64,000 nucleotides of DNA, taken from positions 10,852,001 to 10,916,000 of the forward strand of contig CM119372.1 of NCBI GenBank assembly GCA_051294905.1. Direction: 5' to 3'. This document shows, piece by piece, positions 28,816 through 41,748 of this stretch. This stretch comes from Botryllus schlosseri (lineage: Eukaryota). Both the position numbers and the translations under genes were made by a program. Under the pieces are notes generated by a model that saw only the letters and a list, made by a program, of their open reading frames with translations, did no database searches and was not told where the DNA came from. Position 1 is the first letter of the stretch; every line of letters begins with the position of its first letter.

Positions 28816-30398
28816 CAGTGGTTCCCAACCTTTTTCATCTCGTGCCTCCCTTGGCCGAAATTTGAGCCAAAATTCCCCCCTTTGGAGAAATCTGCCCGAT
28901 GATTAAAAAAGGTCATTTTTCCGCGCAATCACCTGTTGACCGAAGAATAAGACGGGATGTACGGAGTGTCTGTTTCTAGCAGGGCTGTAACAACAATTTG
29001 TAGACCTCCAAAAACAATGGTCTTGGTCCCAATCAAACAAATTCTGGAAGGCTTGACTCAACAGACCCCCACACTTCCATTTGTGTTTTCGGCTTATCAT
29101 GCACCAATCGTTAATATAACTGCTGTGAAAAATCAGTATGCATAAATTTGCTGGTCTCGCGATTTTTTTCTCAAGTGTGCGTATGCATTTGGCCAAAATA
29201 TTGGTATTTTCATATATAGCAGAATTGACCACACTCGAGTCGGACTCGAGTCAGCATTTTCTGATGACTCGATTTGACTCGAGTCATTTTCTCTAAATAG
29301 GGAAATGACTCGACTCGGTGGAGACAATCTGTGTATTGACTCGACTTGGAGTCATTGTACATGACTTGAACCAAGCCATATGACTAGTGACTATAAGACG
29401 GTCAAGACCGACATTTCATTGTAATTTCGAAGAACAGTAAAGTGGCCTTCCTATTGGAATTTCGTCTATTGGTCCTGGTACTTGAGAATGCGACAATAAA
29501 CTGCTCAAAGTGAGGAAAATTAGTATATTATAAATAAAAATTATTCAATATTACCAAACATAGTTATAAAAAGGGAGTTTAACAAGACTTTAACTGGAAA
29601 CTGAGCAGTCGACACAAGGAATTAGACTCATACTCGAGTCATAATACCATAACTCGGACTCGACCCTATGCTCGGTGACTTGGACCGTCGGACGTGACTC
29701 AATGGTGAATTGAAAATGACTCGACTTGACTCGAGTCAAAACTATGAAAGTGAAATTGACTTGTGACTCGGAGCCTCGGGACTTGGTTACAGCCCTGATA
29801 TATAGGCTACCCTGATATATAACATACACGTGATCAGATTTGCTGCTTGAGCTCATTGAAATTTAGGACACTCATTCCGTTTCGGCAACATTGCACCAAG
29901 TTTAACATGCATTTTTTCGATGAGTAGCTGTTCACTAAAAATAAAGCAAAGCTAGCGATCTCTTTGACTTGAATCGATGACGTTGGAATATTTTGTCACT
30001 TTATGAAAATCTTGACATTAAAATATAAGATAAATACTTTTGTTAGAGGCCTTGTTGTGATAGATTCGGCACGACATTTGCTCGCTTAGAATATATTTGA
30101 TTGGGAGGCCGTCGCTGGCCTACAAAATTGTCTTGCGAACTGCAGCACATCTGAACTAGTTCAAAAAAAAACAAGGGCGAACTTGTATGGAAGAAAGAGA
30201 TTTCAAATAGCATTTGAAGATACTTTCAGCAAAAAAAACAGCTATAAGGAGCATACGCTCTGATATAACTGGTTTCCAACATGACAGTTCGGACATGAAC
30301 ATTTTGGGAAATCCGTTACAATTCTAAAGTGGAATTCCTCCCTAAAAATTGAAAAATTCCCCCCAAGGGGGGAATTCCTCCCCGGTTGGGAACCACTG
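28816..30398. mobile_element. hAT MITE with nested insertion
   Basis: TIR CAGTGGTTCCCAACC; perfect TSD ATATAAAC. Confidence 0.92.
28980..29797. mobile_element. GACTCGAGTC-rich hAT-type MITE nested in 28816-30398
   Basis: CAGGGCTGTAAC...GTTACAGCCCTG; homologous (inverted) to 58190-59165. Confidence 0.8.
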
Positions 30399-31235
30399 AT
30401 ATAAACGAAGAGACTATTTGTGGGGCAACGCATTTGTTATTACAAAATAACGATTGCGAAGGTATTATTATGATTTCGAATTTTTAAATGTCATATAAAA
30501 TATATACTTATATACCCAAAATGCCACTCCAACCCGTTGTATCACCGGAACGGCGGGATATTTCACGTTCATTAGTCGTATAAGTAACTAGTTCGCAGAT
30601 ATTGAAAATGGTTTGGTCAATTTATTTCTTTATTCGATAATGACAAGAGAAACACATGGAAAGCGCATCATCTGGCAAAATGCATTCATTATAGTTGAAA
30701 CCTTTCTATGACAAGCATTGTAACCTGTAGAGAGGCTTGCGGCGTGATTTCCGAAAACAAATCGCAGCAAAGAGAAATTTCACTTGCAAATCTCATGCGC
30801 AGGATCCCTGGCAATGAATGACTATTTCGGTTACGCGGTGAGAGAAGCCAACGCGAACGAAGAAGTTTCGCCATGCGACGGCATTCGCACGCACAATAGT
30901 ATGTTATTATACAAGCAGTCGCTCACTCACTGTTCGAGACTCGTACTGCTAGCAGTGCTAGTGAGATGAGACAGGCTATTACGGAGACATGCCTTGGAGA
31001 TCGAGGAGATCTATGAACTTCAGTCGAGAATGAGTTGTGCGAGAAACTGTATTATAGACCTCGAGTGAAATGCGGATTTCTCATCGTAAGCCACAGATAT
31101 TGAATTTTAACATGGCATATTTCTATTTCCAGAACACATCGAAATGATATAATAGTTTTGAACAGTCAATTTTACAAGAGCACTGATCATATATATTACG
31201 ACTTGATTGCGTGACCACTTGCGGATATACTGACC

Positions 31236-32757
31236 ATGTCAACCATAGCTGTTCGCGTTGGACGTGAAATAAAGGAAATATCTGGACTTACCAAAAGTAC
31301 TACGTGTTGGGATGTTGTACTAGCACTTCTAAAAGAGAAGCAGGTGACCTCGGAGACGTCGGACAGCGCGACGCGCGCAAACGAAAACACAACAGCGGGC
31401 GACAACACGAATGCGGACTCAGGGTCAAATTCATCAAAATCAATCAAGGAAATAGCCCCTTCATATGTAATCGTGGAAAACTGGCGTGGCTGCGAAAAGC
31501 CCATACCCCCACGCACCAAGATTCTCAACGTATGGCAGGCCTGGGGTAAAGAGCAAAAGCATGTCGAGCTTTCTCTAAAAAAGAGCAAGCACATAAGGTT
31601 CCGAGATGGGAGCAATCGCCATACTCGGTCTCGGGCTGGAAATTTGAAGTCCGAAAATGCGGAGGTGGACCCGGATCATTATTCCCTTCACTGCATGTCT
31701 AGCCATCAGAAGAAAAAGCTACGTCGGAACATGAGGAGATACCAGCGCGCGTTGATGACGAAACAGAATGAGGACTGTGGCATTGAATCAGTAGACTCAG
31801 AAGTGAAAACTGAGCCAAAAAGCGAAAAACGAAACAGACCTATTCTCAGCGAGGAGAAATTCATTGACGGATTTTTGGCTGACCCAGACTGTCTTCTTAA
31901 AGGACCTGACAGAGCGCACTTGATAAGCCAAGGCACGTTCAATCGCGAATTTTGCAAGTATCGCAGACGGAACCGTCGACGTCATGGGACTTCTAACATG
32001 CGTCAGCACAGGCGGCATCAAGTGTCCCATTACCCGTATTCTTCGCAACTTGATAAACCGCGCTCTTCAAGAAGGGGAAGGAGCACAACGTCAAATAAGT
32101 GTCGCTACAGCTCGGACGATACGTCGACTACTTCGTCTGTGTCGTCGGAAGACGAAAATGCTTCTGACGCCGATGATGAGAAGTCGGTTTTAGTCGACAT
32201 TAGAGGCAACATTCCCCGCCGTAACATGGCTTTCAACGTCGGAAGCAGAGACGGGTACGGAGCGACGACCACTGCCACCGACTCAAGCACTACAACTAGC
32301 GGCGATAGTATGACAAGTTCAGTCGGTGGAAGTACAAGCAGCGAAACTTCCAGCGGTGGCGATTATTTCCTACCTGAGCTGCATCGGTTATCGTACGGAC
32401 GGGCGATAGAAAACGCAAAATCGACCAAAGCTAACGAAAACTCTTCAAATAATAAACCCAAAAAGAATAAATTTATTTTAAAACCGGCGCTCAGCTTGAT
32501 AGACTCGTTTCGTAAGCGAAAAACCGACAAGAAGTCCCCGGACAAACAACCCATTATATCCGATCCAAAACTTAAAACAGTAATTCCTAAACCACAAAAT
32601 TTATCGGAGTCGAAAATTCCCTTGCAAAGCGCAGAGTGCAAGGAACGCACACCCCGCGTGGAAAGAAATGTATCAGAGGCCAAAGAAGAGCCGAAACATG
32701 GGTCCAACAAGCAGGACTCTGATAGGACCGGGCCGGAACATAAAAGCACTGTCGAAG
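31236..32757 (+). CDS. RASSF9/10: RASSF9/10-like coding exon 1 (RA domain plus long basic/Ser-rich region)
   Basis: 513-aa ORF; donor GAAG|gtacgt (phase 1). Confidence 0.9.
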
Positions 32758-35700
32758 GTACGTATTTTACTCTATGAAGTTACTGCTGTGAAGTGGGTGG
32801 TCGTATATACCTTCCAATTGACAGCTGGTTGTAGCTAATTTTATACGTTGACGTATTCCATCTATATACTGAATATGATGGGAATGCGACGGCTAGTTGT
32901 CGTGATCTGACAAATACGACTATTCGACATTCCAGACATTTACAAAATGTTTTCGTGATTCCTTTGATTACTTACGCCATGTTTCGGTACCGATATAGAG
33001 AATCTGTTTCTTTTCGGATAACTTGTCTGCTAAAATATGCAATTTACAAAGAGTCACAGAGTATTTGGATTACAGAAAGAGTTCGTTTTGGTAGCGCGGT
33101 TATTAGTGTGAATCACGAAACGATATTCTTATTGATCCTTACCGCCCGTGAAAATTGAGGCTACACGTTGTAGTAACAGTAACAACTCTATTTGTTTTTT
33201 GCGAAAACCGTTGGAGCGTCGGATGTAATGATTTGTAATCATGTAATTTCATCCAAGTGATATCTATTTACTTTTCCCTTCTTAATTCGAAGACACGGAG
33301 TCTAGATCTTGCAATTAGCAGCATAACTGATGTGATTATCGTAATTGCACGTCGCTACGCTCCTACTTTTCCAATGTCTTAGCTCCTCTCTGTAAAATAC
33401 GGACAAAAACAACCCGACAATTACCAATTACCGATGACATGAGTGATCACTGATCACTGATCATGTTGAATATGATTATGATGATTCCGTTTTGTCGGAG
33501 TGTATGGCGGGACGTGGCACTCTATCATCCGATTGCCCAGATTTTACGCAATGAGTTACAAATTGTGCCTATCTTCGCTACTGTGACGTCTTGTCATCGA
33601 ACGTAATCCTTGTTATCAGATCTTCGTGGAAACTCAAGTCTGTTGACATCAAACAAAATTCGAACAACAGCAACAGCAAACACCTAACAATTAATCGCGC
33701 ATCTCTGTTTGAAACGAACTTGAATTTTCAAGTTCTCAACACTCACCGTTCCACACGATTACTTCACACTTGGGATCACTGGAGCGAAAACACGAGAATG
33801 CGACAAACCGCGGTTCCGCGATGCGAGAAGAAATGAGGATAATTCTTGCGCAAACATATCGTACACGTATTCGCCAAATGTCCACCCGCTCATATCGTAA
33901 TCATCCACAAAATGTAGCTTTTCGTAACCCACAGAACACTCTATGTCGAAACTAGCACGACAAATGGCAATAATTCGCTCTGTTCAAATTTCGAATGTAT
34001 TATTCAGCGTTAATAAATGTTTAGATGAAAGACTCGATTGTAAAGACGAGATATTGCAATCGGTCCAGTCGCAGGAGATAGTGCTGAGGAACCAACGGAA
34101 TAGACTGAAAGTTACCGATGACCAGATACAATCGATTGAAAGCGATATTCACAACCTTCGGACAAGAGCATTGGGAAAGAATTATGTCCAGGTACGCAGC
34201 CTATACTGCAACTCTGTTTAGGATAACAGAGGATTAATTTTCATAATTCGTTGCAGGATGCGTATTTATCTGGTTACGTTGACCCGAACTCAAACGACGC
34301 AATGACAAATCTCTTCAACGGCCCTTCCATACCCGTGACGACACCCTGGATATTGGACTGTAACGATGCGGACATGCTCGAGCGGTTCGTTCAAATGAGC
34401 GATAAGATCGTCGAAATGCAGCTCAAAATCGAAGAGTACAATAGAAAAGCGGACATGCTCATACAGGACATACAGGAAGAAGTCTGGCGGTCATCCACTT
34501 TAGGAAACAGTCAAAACCAAGGGCCGAACGCAGCTGCAAGAGCCGCCGCGCTAATGCTCGGATTAAGCGACGAGGACGTATCCGACAACGAGAACGGGCA
34601 CGAGCTTTTGTCCGTTACCAGCTGGAACGATCACTCTACACAAAATTCTGCAACTCCCGACGAAACCACAGAAGAACGACTCGCTTCTCACTCGTCAATC
34701 ATAGAAGTTGAAACCGCCCGCACAGAGCTCGAAGCAAGCTTGTATTTGAGTTTGCGATTAACGGCCGAAATCGACGAAATAGAAAGCAAGCTGGGTGCAT
34801 CAGATCATTTAATTCAGGTGAGCAACAATACATGGATACGATTAGGCATATCAGCCAATGTCATCATTCACTAGTACGCCCCCATCTAATATAAGTACAG
34901 TCAAATATTTTAGGTTTCTGGAATGTCCGTCCAGTTACGACTCCATTAACGAGGTCTACATTTATTCTTTAGAAAAAAGGAGAAAGTCTTATCGACTGCG
35001 TCAGAGATATGGCAATGTCAGAAGAAGGGGTCTCTCCAGCGGTTTGGGAAGAATATGGCGAGCTATTGACCGCATATGATATGGAACTCAGTCAGAGGCG
35101 CTTCCTAGAAGAACTGGAACACTCTGAAATAAGAATAAACGGCTCGGAAGACTCCATGGGATGGGCAGAAGAGGCAAATACTTTGTACATCGACGCAACT
35201 TCGCCCAACCCAATATCTCACTGTGGAGGCACGAATCACATGAATTTGAATGGGCCGGTTCGAGAAGCAGGTAACGCACTCGCGCCGTGGATCAGCGAAA
35301 ATTCCCAGGTCGGCTGCCGTTATAACGGACATGTGAATCACAGCCCCAAGCACACTGTTATGCAACAACACATTCCTCACTATCCGCAACACCCGCCGTT
35401 ACTCTCAAATCTACCTCTGCCAACGCCGATCAACTCCAGAACAACTGGCAACGGCGGTAACAGTCAACAGAAAGTACCATCGGCAAGATTATTGCCGATG
35501 TTGCCGATACCGGGAGAGATTATGTCACCCGGCCGCCATAACGACAGCGATTACGAAGACCTACCTGATCTAACGAGTATGAGCAAGCCGGACCCGTCCA
35601 AATCCAGCAGGCGTCTTGACTTACTAGTCGAGAATGAGATTTCCAACAATACTGACGATTCCGGAAACGCATCAGCCGGAAGCACCTCCAGCTTCGCGAG

Positions 35701-36298
35701 CAGCGACGGAAGTCGCAACAGCAGCTGCGACGGTGGAAGTCCCAGACCGATTCCGATGATAATCGAGAATCCCAGCTCCAGGCCAATATTCGGAAGAAAT
35801 TCGGGATTTAGAGGGAGCTGGAAGGAGCACTTCGTGTTCCCGAACACCTGCAAAGAGAACGGCGCCAAATTAAATCAACAGCGTTCCGTCGTCTCGTTAC
35901 CGCAAGCGATGATGAAATCGAAAGCAGGAAAACCCGAGTTGCTCCCGAAACCGGCAAGCGTCACGTTGAAGCAGGCGACGGTTGTGGACTCGAAAGAGAC
36001 CGAAATCCGGATGCAGCAGCAGAGATTGATAAGACGCAACAGCGCCGGTCGTAAAAGGAACGCTTTAGAGAACGCGAATTCCGCCCAATCCAATTCGAAA
36101 GGAGTAAAACTAAAAAACGTCTCTTCTGGATCGATTCATCCGAAAGGGAATAACTGCCAATCTTGGCAATTGAAGTTCAACGCGACCGAACAAAACCAGA
36201 GGTTCAATAACACGTACGATAACGACTCGGACACCGGTAGAAGCTCGTTGCATAGCGTCGACTCAGACCAAGTAATGTTTTCGGAAACTCTGGTTTGA
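31236..36298 (+). CDS. RASSF9/10: N-terminal Ras-association domain family protein (RASSF9/RASSF10-like), 4 coding exons: 31236-32757, 34025-34191, 34257-34817, 34973-36298; about 1191 aa
   Basis: The N-terminal RA domain (VRVGREIKEISGLTKSTTCWDVVLALL...YVIVENWRGCEKPIPPRTKILNVWQAWGKEQ) matches the RASSF9/10 pattern. A coiled coil follows, then GKNYVQ|DAYL across intron 2. The C-terminus DNDSDTGRSSLHSVDSD..ETLV resembles the RASSF10 tail. All introns are GT-AG with compatible phases (1,0,0); exon lengths sum to 3576 nt. Confidence 0.92.
34025..34191 (+). CDS. RASSF9/10: RASSF9/10-like coding exon 2 (coiled coil, ends GKNYVQ)
   Basis: Acceptor tgtttag|AT matches the phase-1 donor; donor CAG|gtacgc (phase 0). 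Confidence 0.8.
34257..34817 (+). CDS. RASSF9/10: RASSF9/10-like coding exon 3 (starts DAYL, coiled coils)
   Basis: Follows a 65-bp intron; acceptor ttgcag|GAT; donor CAG|gtgagc (phase 0). Confidence 0.88.
34973..36298 (+). CDS. RASSF9/10: RASSF9/10-like terminal coding exon (low-complexity region, DSDTG motif, ETLV end)
   Basis: Acceptor ttattctttag|AAA is in frame with the 429-aa ORF; stop TGA at 36296-36298. Confidence 0.88.
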   Translation, partial: KKGESLIDCVRDMAMSEEGVSPAVWEEYGELLTAYDMELSQRRFLEELEHSEIRINGSEDSMGWAEEANTLYIDATSPNPISHCGGTNHMNLNGPVREAGNALAPWISENSQVGCRYNGHVNHSPKHTVMQQHIPHYPQHPPLLSNLPLPTPINSRTTGNGGNSQQKVPSARLLPMLPIPGEIMSPGRHNDSDYEDLPDLTSMSKPDPSKSSRRLDLLVENEISNNTDDSGNASAGSTSSFASSDGSRNSSCDGGSPRPIPMIIENPSSRPIFGRNSGFRGSWKEHFVFPNTCKENGAKLNQQRSVVSLPQAMMKSKAGKPELLPKPASVTLKQATVVDSKETEIRMQQQRLIRRNSAGRKRNALENANSAQSNSKGVKLKNVSSGSIHPKGNNCQSWQLKFNATEQNQRFNNTYDNDSDTGRSSLHSVDSDQVMFSETLV

Positions 36299-37174
36299 AG
36301 AGTGTACAAATGGATGCAATTTTTACGAAGTAACCTCCGTCCGACGCATTTTCCTTGCCAATGATTACATTTATTTATCTTTTATATTTGTTTCGTTGTC
36401 GCATTAGCGAACTTTTCTTGTGCTTTGCGCGAGTTCCAACGTTGCTCTTTCCCTCTTTATTTCCGATATTTTACCAAGGTCTTCGCGAAGGCCACCCTTT
36501 CTTCGAGAAAATTACTATAATATTTGTATCAGAGTGTACTTCGCACTTGCTTCACTATAATTGCCAATGTTACCTTCTTTCAACATTAATAGATTGGCAG
36601 AAAATGAAAAACGTTTTGGTTGTTTCATTTACGGATCGGAAATTAGAATGCAGGTAACACTCCTAGTCCAGAGTTAACTACCGAGAATTAATCTAAAAGA
36701 AGCGTGGAGGGAACTGTAATTCACGCGGCATCTGGCTGCCGATGGTATGTTAGCATCAGATCTGCGAACCAATACTTTTCTTGGACAGGTTATCGGACCA
36801 TCAAACCCTTACATATTTTACCTGTCCGTTACTAGCCATATAAGAGAAGTCCGTACTTTTGCAAAGGTGGAGGTATTGAGACTCTAAACATATAGATAAG
36901 ACTCATAACCTGGTCTAACCTAATAATGCGACGCACGCATAGACCTAGCTACTGGCCACACAGGCCAGTGCGGTAGAACTGCTCGTGCCGCCTCGTTGCG
37001 TCTTATTCAGGCGAGTAGTGCCGGTCACCAGCACTCGGCTACTATAGAGCAGATTAAACGTGATAGGAAGCTAGTCAGTGGTGGACAGATCACGACAGCG
37101 ATATCAAGTCACCCTCAATTCGCGCATTGATCTTCAGCCCTGTGTAATGTGCAATGTAAATGGTAGGTAGGTAC

Positions 37175-37555
37175 TAGTGCGGAGCGGATCGACAAATCAT
37201 CTGGTCCGACTGCGATCCTGTTTTTCAAGTCTATGGCCCGGCTCCGGCCGCATCAGGGAAAGTACTGATCCGACTCGGCCGAAAATGAAAAACTCCGGCC
37301 GGATATCCAATCTGGATCCGGTCTATGCTCCGCCCTACACGGTACGGTGGTTTCGTGGATTTATAAATATGGCACGTTTATTTTCGCACTGGCTTGGCGG
37401 TTACTTGCGTGTGGTAGGTTGGTAGTTATTTAGTTACAAAAGTCATGCTTATCATTAAGATTCTGGCCGTATCAAGGTATTACTGATCCGGACCGGCCAA
37501 AATTGAAAAAATCCGGCCGGATATCCAATCCCGCTCCGGTCCATGCTACGCACTA
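37175..37555. mobile_element. CCGG-rich MITE with a duplicated right end
   Basis: TAGTGCGGAGC start; an approximately 90-bp right end occurs twice (about 37247-37337 and 37465-37555). Confidence 0.65.
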
Positions 37556-37775
37556 GTAGTTGTTATGTAGCGCCATCTTCTGGATGAATATATCTCGATT
37601 CGGGACTACCTGACCTTGAAAATGTTACTAGTCGGTGCTCGATCGCTGATTATGCGTATTAGACCATATGAGTCCTACAAATTCAATCATGAAGACCTAG
37701 CGATATAATAATTGGCAAATTTTATTGAAAATATACAATATTTTGGTGTAATATACATTTCAATATCGTCTAGTA

Positions 37776-38255
37776 CAGGGACGGCCAACTTCTCCGGTCG
37801 GCGGGCCGGGAATGGAAAAATGAAGTACTTGGCGGGCCAGATTACAAATCGCGTATTTATCCACCTATACAAGGAATAAATCGCATTTAATGTAAACTTT
37901 AAGTTTAAAGCATAAAGACCAAAAACAGGATTTAATGAGCTCATTAACAATAGCTGTTGAAGTCAATCAACTCTGGCTGCATGTCGTATGTAGAAATCCT
38001 TAGTAACAACTGCACGCGAACATCAGTTATATTGGAACGCAGCTTTGTCTTGTTAATGTTCATGGTCATGGTCAAAAATGTTATGTAGGCCCGAACAGAG
38101 CAAGTAGTTTCATGTCCATCTTTCTCAGGTTGGCAATCTTGGATTCATTCTGACGCATAAAATTTGTCAATACTTCGAGAATAGAATTTCACTTTCATGG
38201 TAGAAACTCTCTGCGTGCCGGATCCGGCCCGCGGGTCGTACATTGCCCGTCCTTG
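37776..38255. mobile_element. hAT MITE
   Basis: CAGGGACGG...CCGTCCTTG; perfect TSD GTCTAGTA; related copy at 43334-43827. Confidence 0.88.
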
Positions 38256-38591
38256 GTCTAGTAGTATAGTTATCATTATTTTTGGTGGCACTTTTCGCCT
38301 TCTAAGGTGATGTGTGCCACGGCATAGTTAGGCATATTTCTTCCGGATGTAAAGCAAAAGTTGCTTCGTCAACGGGTTCAAATTGAATTCATGAATCTTC
38401 CATTCTATGTTATAAAAGTCTGCATCCTCCAAATGAGTGTCGTTTTGCTTGATGGTATGCACATGGAACCCGCCCCTAAAATATACGAATAGTGAATATG
38501 TCTTATTTCAAAATAAATGGTGCAATTGCAATAACTGAGCGTTTTCGTGAGAGCAGGTTCCAATTTTATTATACTAGTGGAAAGCTTAGGT

Positions 38592-40356
38592 CAGTGGTTC
38601 CCAACCGGTGGGGAATTCAATGGTTTCTGGTGGGGAATAGACGCATTTGGTAAACATTATAAGCACCACAGTCTACATATTTACGGAGACACCTGCGCGA
38701 TTGCCGTTACCAGCAGAGGTGGTCAAAGTAGTCAAGAAGCTACTCAAGTAGAAGTAGAAGTAGTGACGGAAAAATCTACTCAAGTACGAGTAGAAGTACT
38801 TATTTCATAAGCAATCTAAAACTACTTGAAGTAGAAGTAGAATTGACTGACTTTAAATCTACTCAAGTAAGTAAGTAGTTGTGAAAACAATCGTAATTCG
38901 TTCGCATGGACTGTCAAAAGCTGCAAATTGAGCTATGAGGAAGGTGTAGAGAGCTTGATTCATATTGATGCATCCCAGGAGGTGTTAATTTTTGACAGAA
39001 TAAGCAGTCTTCCATATCATGGGATGTAAATGATAGTGTAGATATAGAATGCAATACTAATTTTTTTTTACTCAAACACCCCGTTTTAGAGAATACCATA
39101 GCAAGGCGCCCTCCCCCATATTATAAGGCCCCTAGTTAAGTCGAAGAGCAATACTGACAAGTTGCGTCGGATACGGCTGTAACATTTTGCGCGATTAGTA
39201 AACGTTAATGAAAAATATGGCAGATCGTAAAAATGCCATATAGATATAGCGTATAGCTTTATTTTCGGAAAATATAAGGCATAGGTACACTTGCTTTTAT
39301 ATTTCAACATGTATGTTTTGCATACAAAAGAACTGAAACTATGATTAGAACTCAACGTATAATACTCGTAATTAAAAAAAAAATACAAAAAAGCGAAAAG
39401 TTTATTTCATGTCTTTTGTCCAGAAAGTTTCAAAACGGTGGTCTGCTAAAACAGGTATAACGTTAAAAAAAGTGAAAGTCCACTTTTCCAGATTTGGACA
39501 CGTCATAGGCTGCTCGGTATAATAGGTTATTGCTAGATTGCGAAACGATAGTTTCAAATATTATGGGGGGCCATACTTGCTGTGATGAAATATTTGGTCT
39601 AGGTGACAATGCGGTGTGAAAGGAACCGCGCAACCCGCTATCTAAATTATATTCAGCGATACTTTCGTTAACACATATATGTGTCACACCATATCTACTG
39701 TGCGCGAAGCGCAACGAAAATTCTGGGTATTACATGACTTTTATGATAATTAAATGTTGGTACCACTTGAAAACAGCCCCAAAATTCCTTAGCCTATCTT
39801 TCCTATTGGGGGATTAAACTAATTCTACTTGACAAACTGAAAATAGCGAGAAGTAAGTAAGTAGTTCACAAAATATTACCAAGTAGAAGTAGAAGTAGCG
39901 AAAAACAGATCTACTTGAGTAAGTAGCATAAGTAGAGGAAAACTACTTGATTACTTCGAAAAAGTAGAAGTACTTCGTTACTGACCACCTCTGGTTACCA
40001 GTTAACTGCTCTGGAATGTATGTATAGAAAACTATATTGCGTGTTGTTCACAAAAACTCATTTTAACTCCGGATAACCAATGATGGCGTCACATCACAAA
40101 CGTATCCAGCACGACCGGTATGACGTGTAATAACGCTTTCGCTAAATTTTTAGGGGTACTGGCATCGTTTCACAATAAGTTTTATGTTGCAGTTATAGAC
40201 GATTGTCTTGCGTACTGCTATGATTGTGTGTCTTGTGTATACTCAAACAAGCTGCTCCGCTGCTCCGAAATGACAAAAGTTTTGGGTAGTGAGGAATGAA
40301 GACTCGGAATAAATCTTAAAAGAGGGGAATGAAAACAAAAAGGTTGAGAACCACTG
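38592..40356. mobile_element. hAT MITE with nested insertion
   Basis: CAGTGGTTCCCAACC...GGTTGAGAACCACTG; perfect TSD GCTTAGGT. Confidence 0.9.
38714..39993. mobile_element. AGTAGA-repeat-rich hAT-type element nested in 38592-40356
   Basis: TIR CAGAGGTGGTCA; perfect TSD GTTACCAG. Confidence 0.9.
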
Positions 40357-40554
40357 GCTTAGGTTTTCAGGTTACTGGTTGGACTCGTTCGAGTTTTTAC
40401 TGTCAAGTCCATGAATTAAGTGCTTCATACGACATGACATAGATAGATTGCAGTGCGTAAGTACCGAATTAGCTGTATAACCCATAAATGCAATGTTATT
40501 AGCATTTTCATCCATAAAAAATACACAATGTACATTTTACAATGCCAATGCGAC

Positions 40555-40854
40555 CAGTGGTTCTCAACCTGGAGGGCGTGAAAGCATATGAAGGGGGGCG
40601 CGAAGAAGCGGTTACCTGAAGAAATTTTTCGCGCTCTGCGCGATTTACATCCAGTTCACGCGTGTTTCTCTATATATAGACCGAATTTCATATTTTTGAA
40701 TTCTCTCATCGACAGTCATAACCTTCCATGCCATCAGACAATCAGTTGGGGTTGCTAGCATCCCGGTTGGATTTTGTGATATGACGATAAGGGAAGCGCG
40801 AAATTTTTCACTATCATAAAGGGGGGCGTGTCTAAAAAAGGTTGAGAACCAATG
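40555..40854. mobile_element. 300-bp hAT MITE
   Basis: CAGTGGTTCTCAACC TIR; perfect TSD AATGCGAC. Confidence 0.9.
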
Positions 40855-41083
40855 AATGCGACACACAAAGACACAATGTGACGGAATGAACACTGAACAG
40901 TTAGTAAGATGTTGCAACGACTATGTGCTGTCTACGAATCTAACATCCACCTTAGCCTGGTCGTTTCAATATGAATGCCACTATACTACTACTACTATGT
41001 GAGTAATTGCTTTATTTTAAGTCGTATTGTGGAAAATTCATTGTATACCTCGTTGACCTATACATGCGTATAATACTTGGACT

Positions 41084-41748
41084 GCATGGCGATGAGAGGT
41101 CGTAATATCATGCAAGCCGATACGTAAGTGAAATTTGTTATAAAATTTTCGTCATTGCTTTTGTAAGCTCATAACGTCAAAAAGGAATATACCATGCTGG
41201 TTACACCGGTTGATGCGTATGCGTATGGAATATAACTTGACATAGGCAGGCCTGTCTGATAGTGTTGCACACTGTTGCCTCATACCTCGCCCAGACATCG
41301 CTTCATTGATCATTTGCTACCATCGTTTAGGCTACTAACATTTTTAAAGCCAGACTGTATGGAGTCAAATGTACCTGTTCGATGCTGGTGTGATCACACT
41401 AGTTGACCCTCAAGGTCGTATCGGTCATTTCTATCTGATACCGAATACTATGCATGCATATTTTCTGTCCACCATCATTGTCGTCTGTTGTTATGTATTT
41501 TGGTTGGATGAAAATAAAGACTCTCTCTTTCTCTCTCTGTGTGTGTGTGTAACAAAACGACAAGGCCTGTCTGACAGGCCTGCCTATGCCAAGTTATATT
41601 CCATACGCATACCCATCAACCGGTGTAACCAGCATGGTATACGCCTTATTTGACATTATGAGCATATAAAAAATCAATGACGAAAATTGTATAATAAATT
41701 TCATTTACGTATCGGCTTGCATTATATTACGACATCTCATCGCCCTGC
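41084..41748. mobile_element. MITE with about 180-bp TIRs, containing a LINE-like 3' end with a (CT)n tail
   Basis: Arms about 41084-41262 and 41570-41748; the interior ends AATAAAGACTCTCTC, like the LINE tail at 48722-48756. Confidence 0.8.

Noticed and set aside
33591..34008. Extra RASSF exon(s) in ORFs 33591-33836 and 33770-33955, and the acceptor at 34007
   Set aside because: The 33619 acceptor hits a stop in the required phase and 34007 is phase 2; only 34024/34025 matches the phase-1 donor.
31196..36093. Antisense ORFs over the RASSF exons
   Set aside because: Shadow ORFs of a real coding strand, with no independent splice or motif support.
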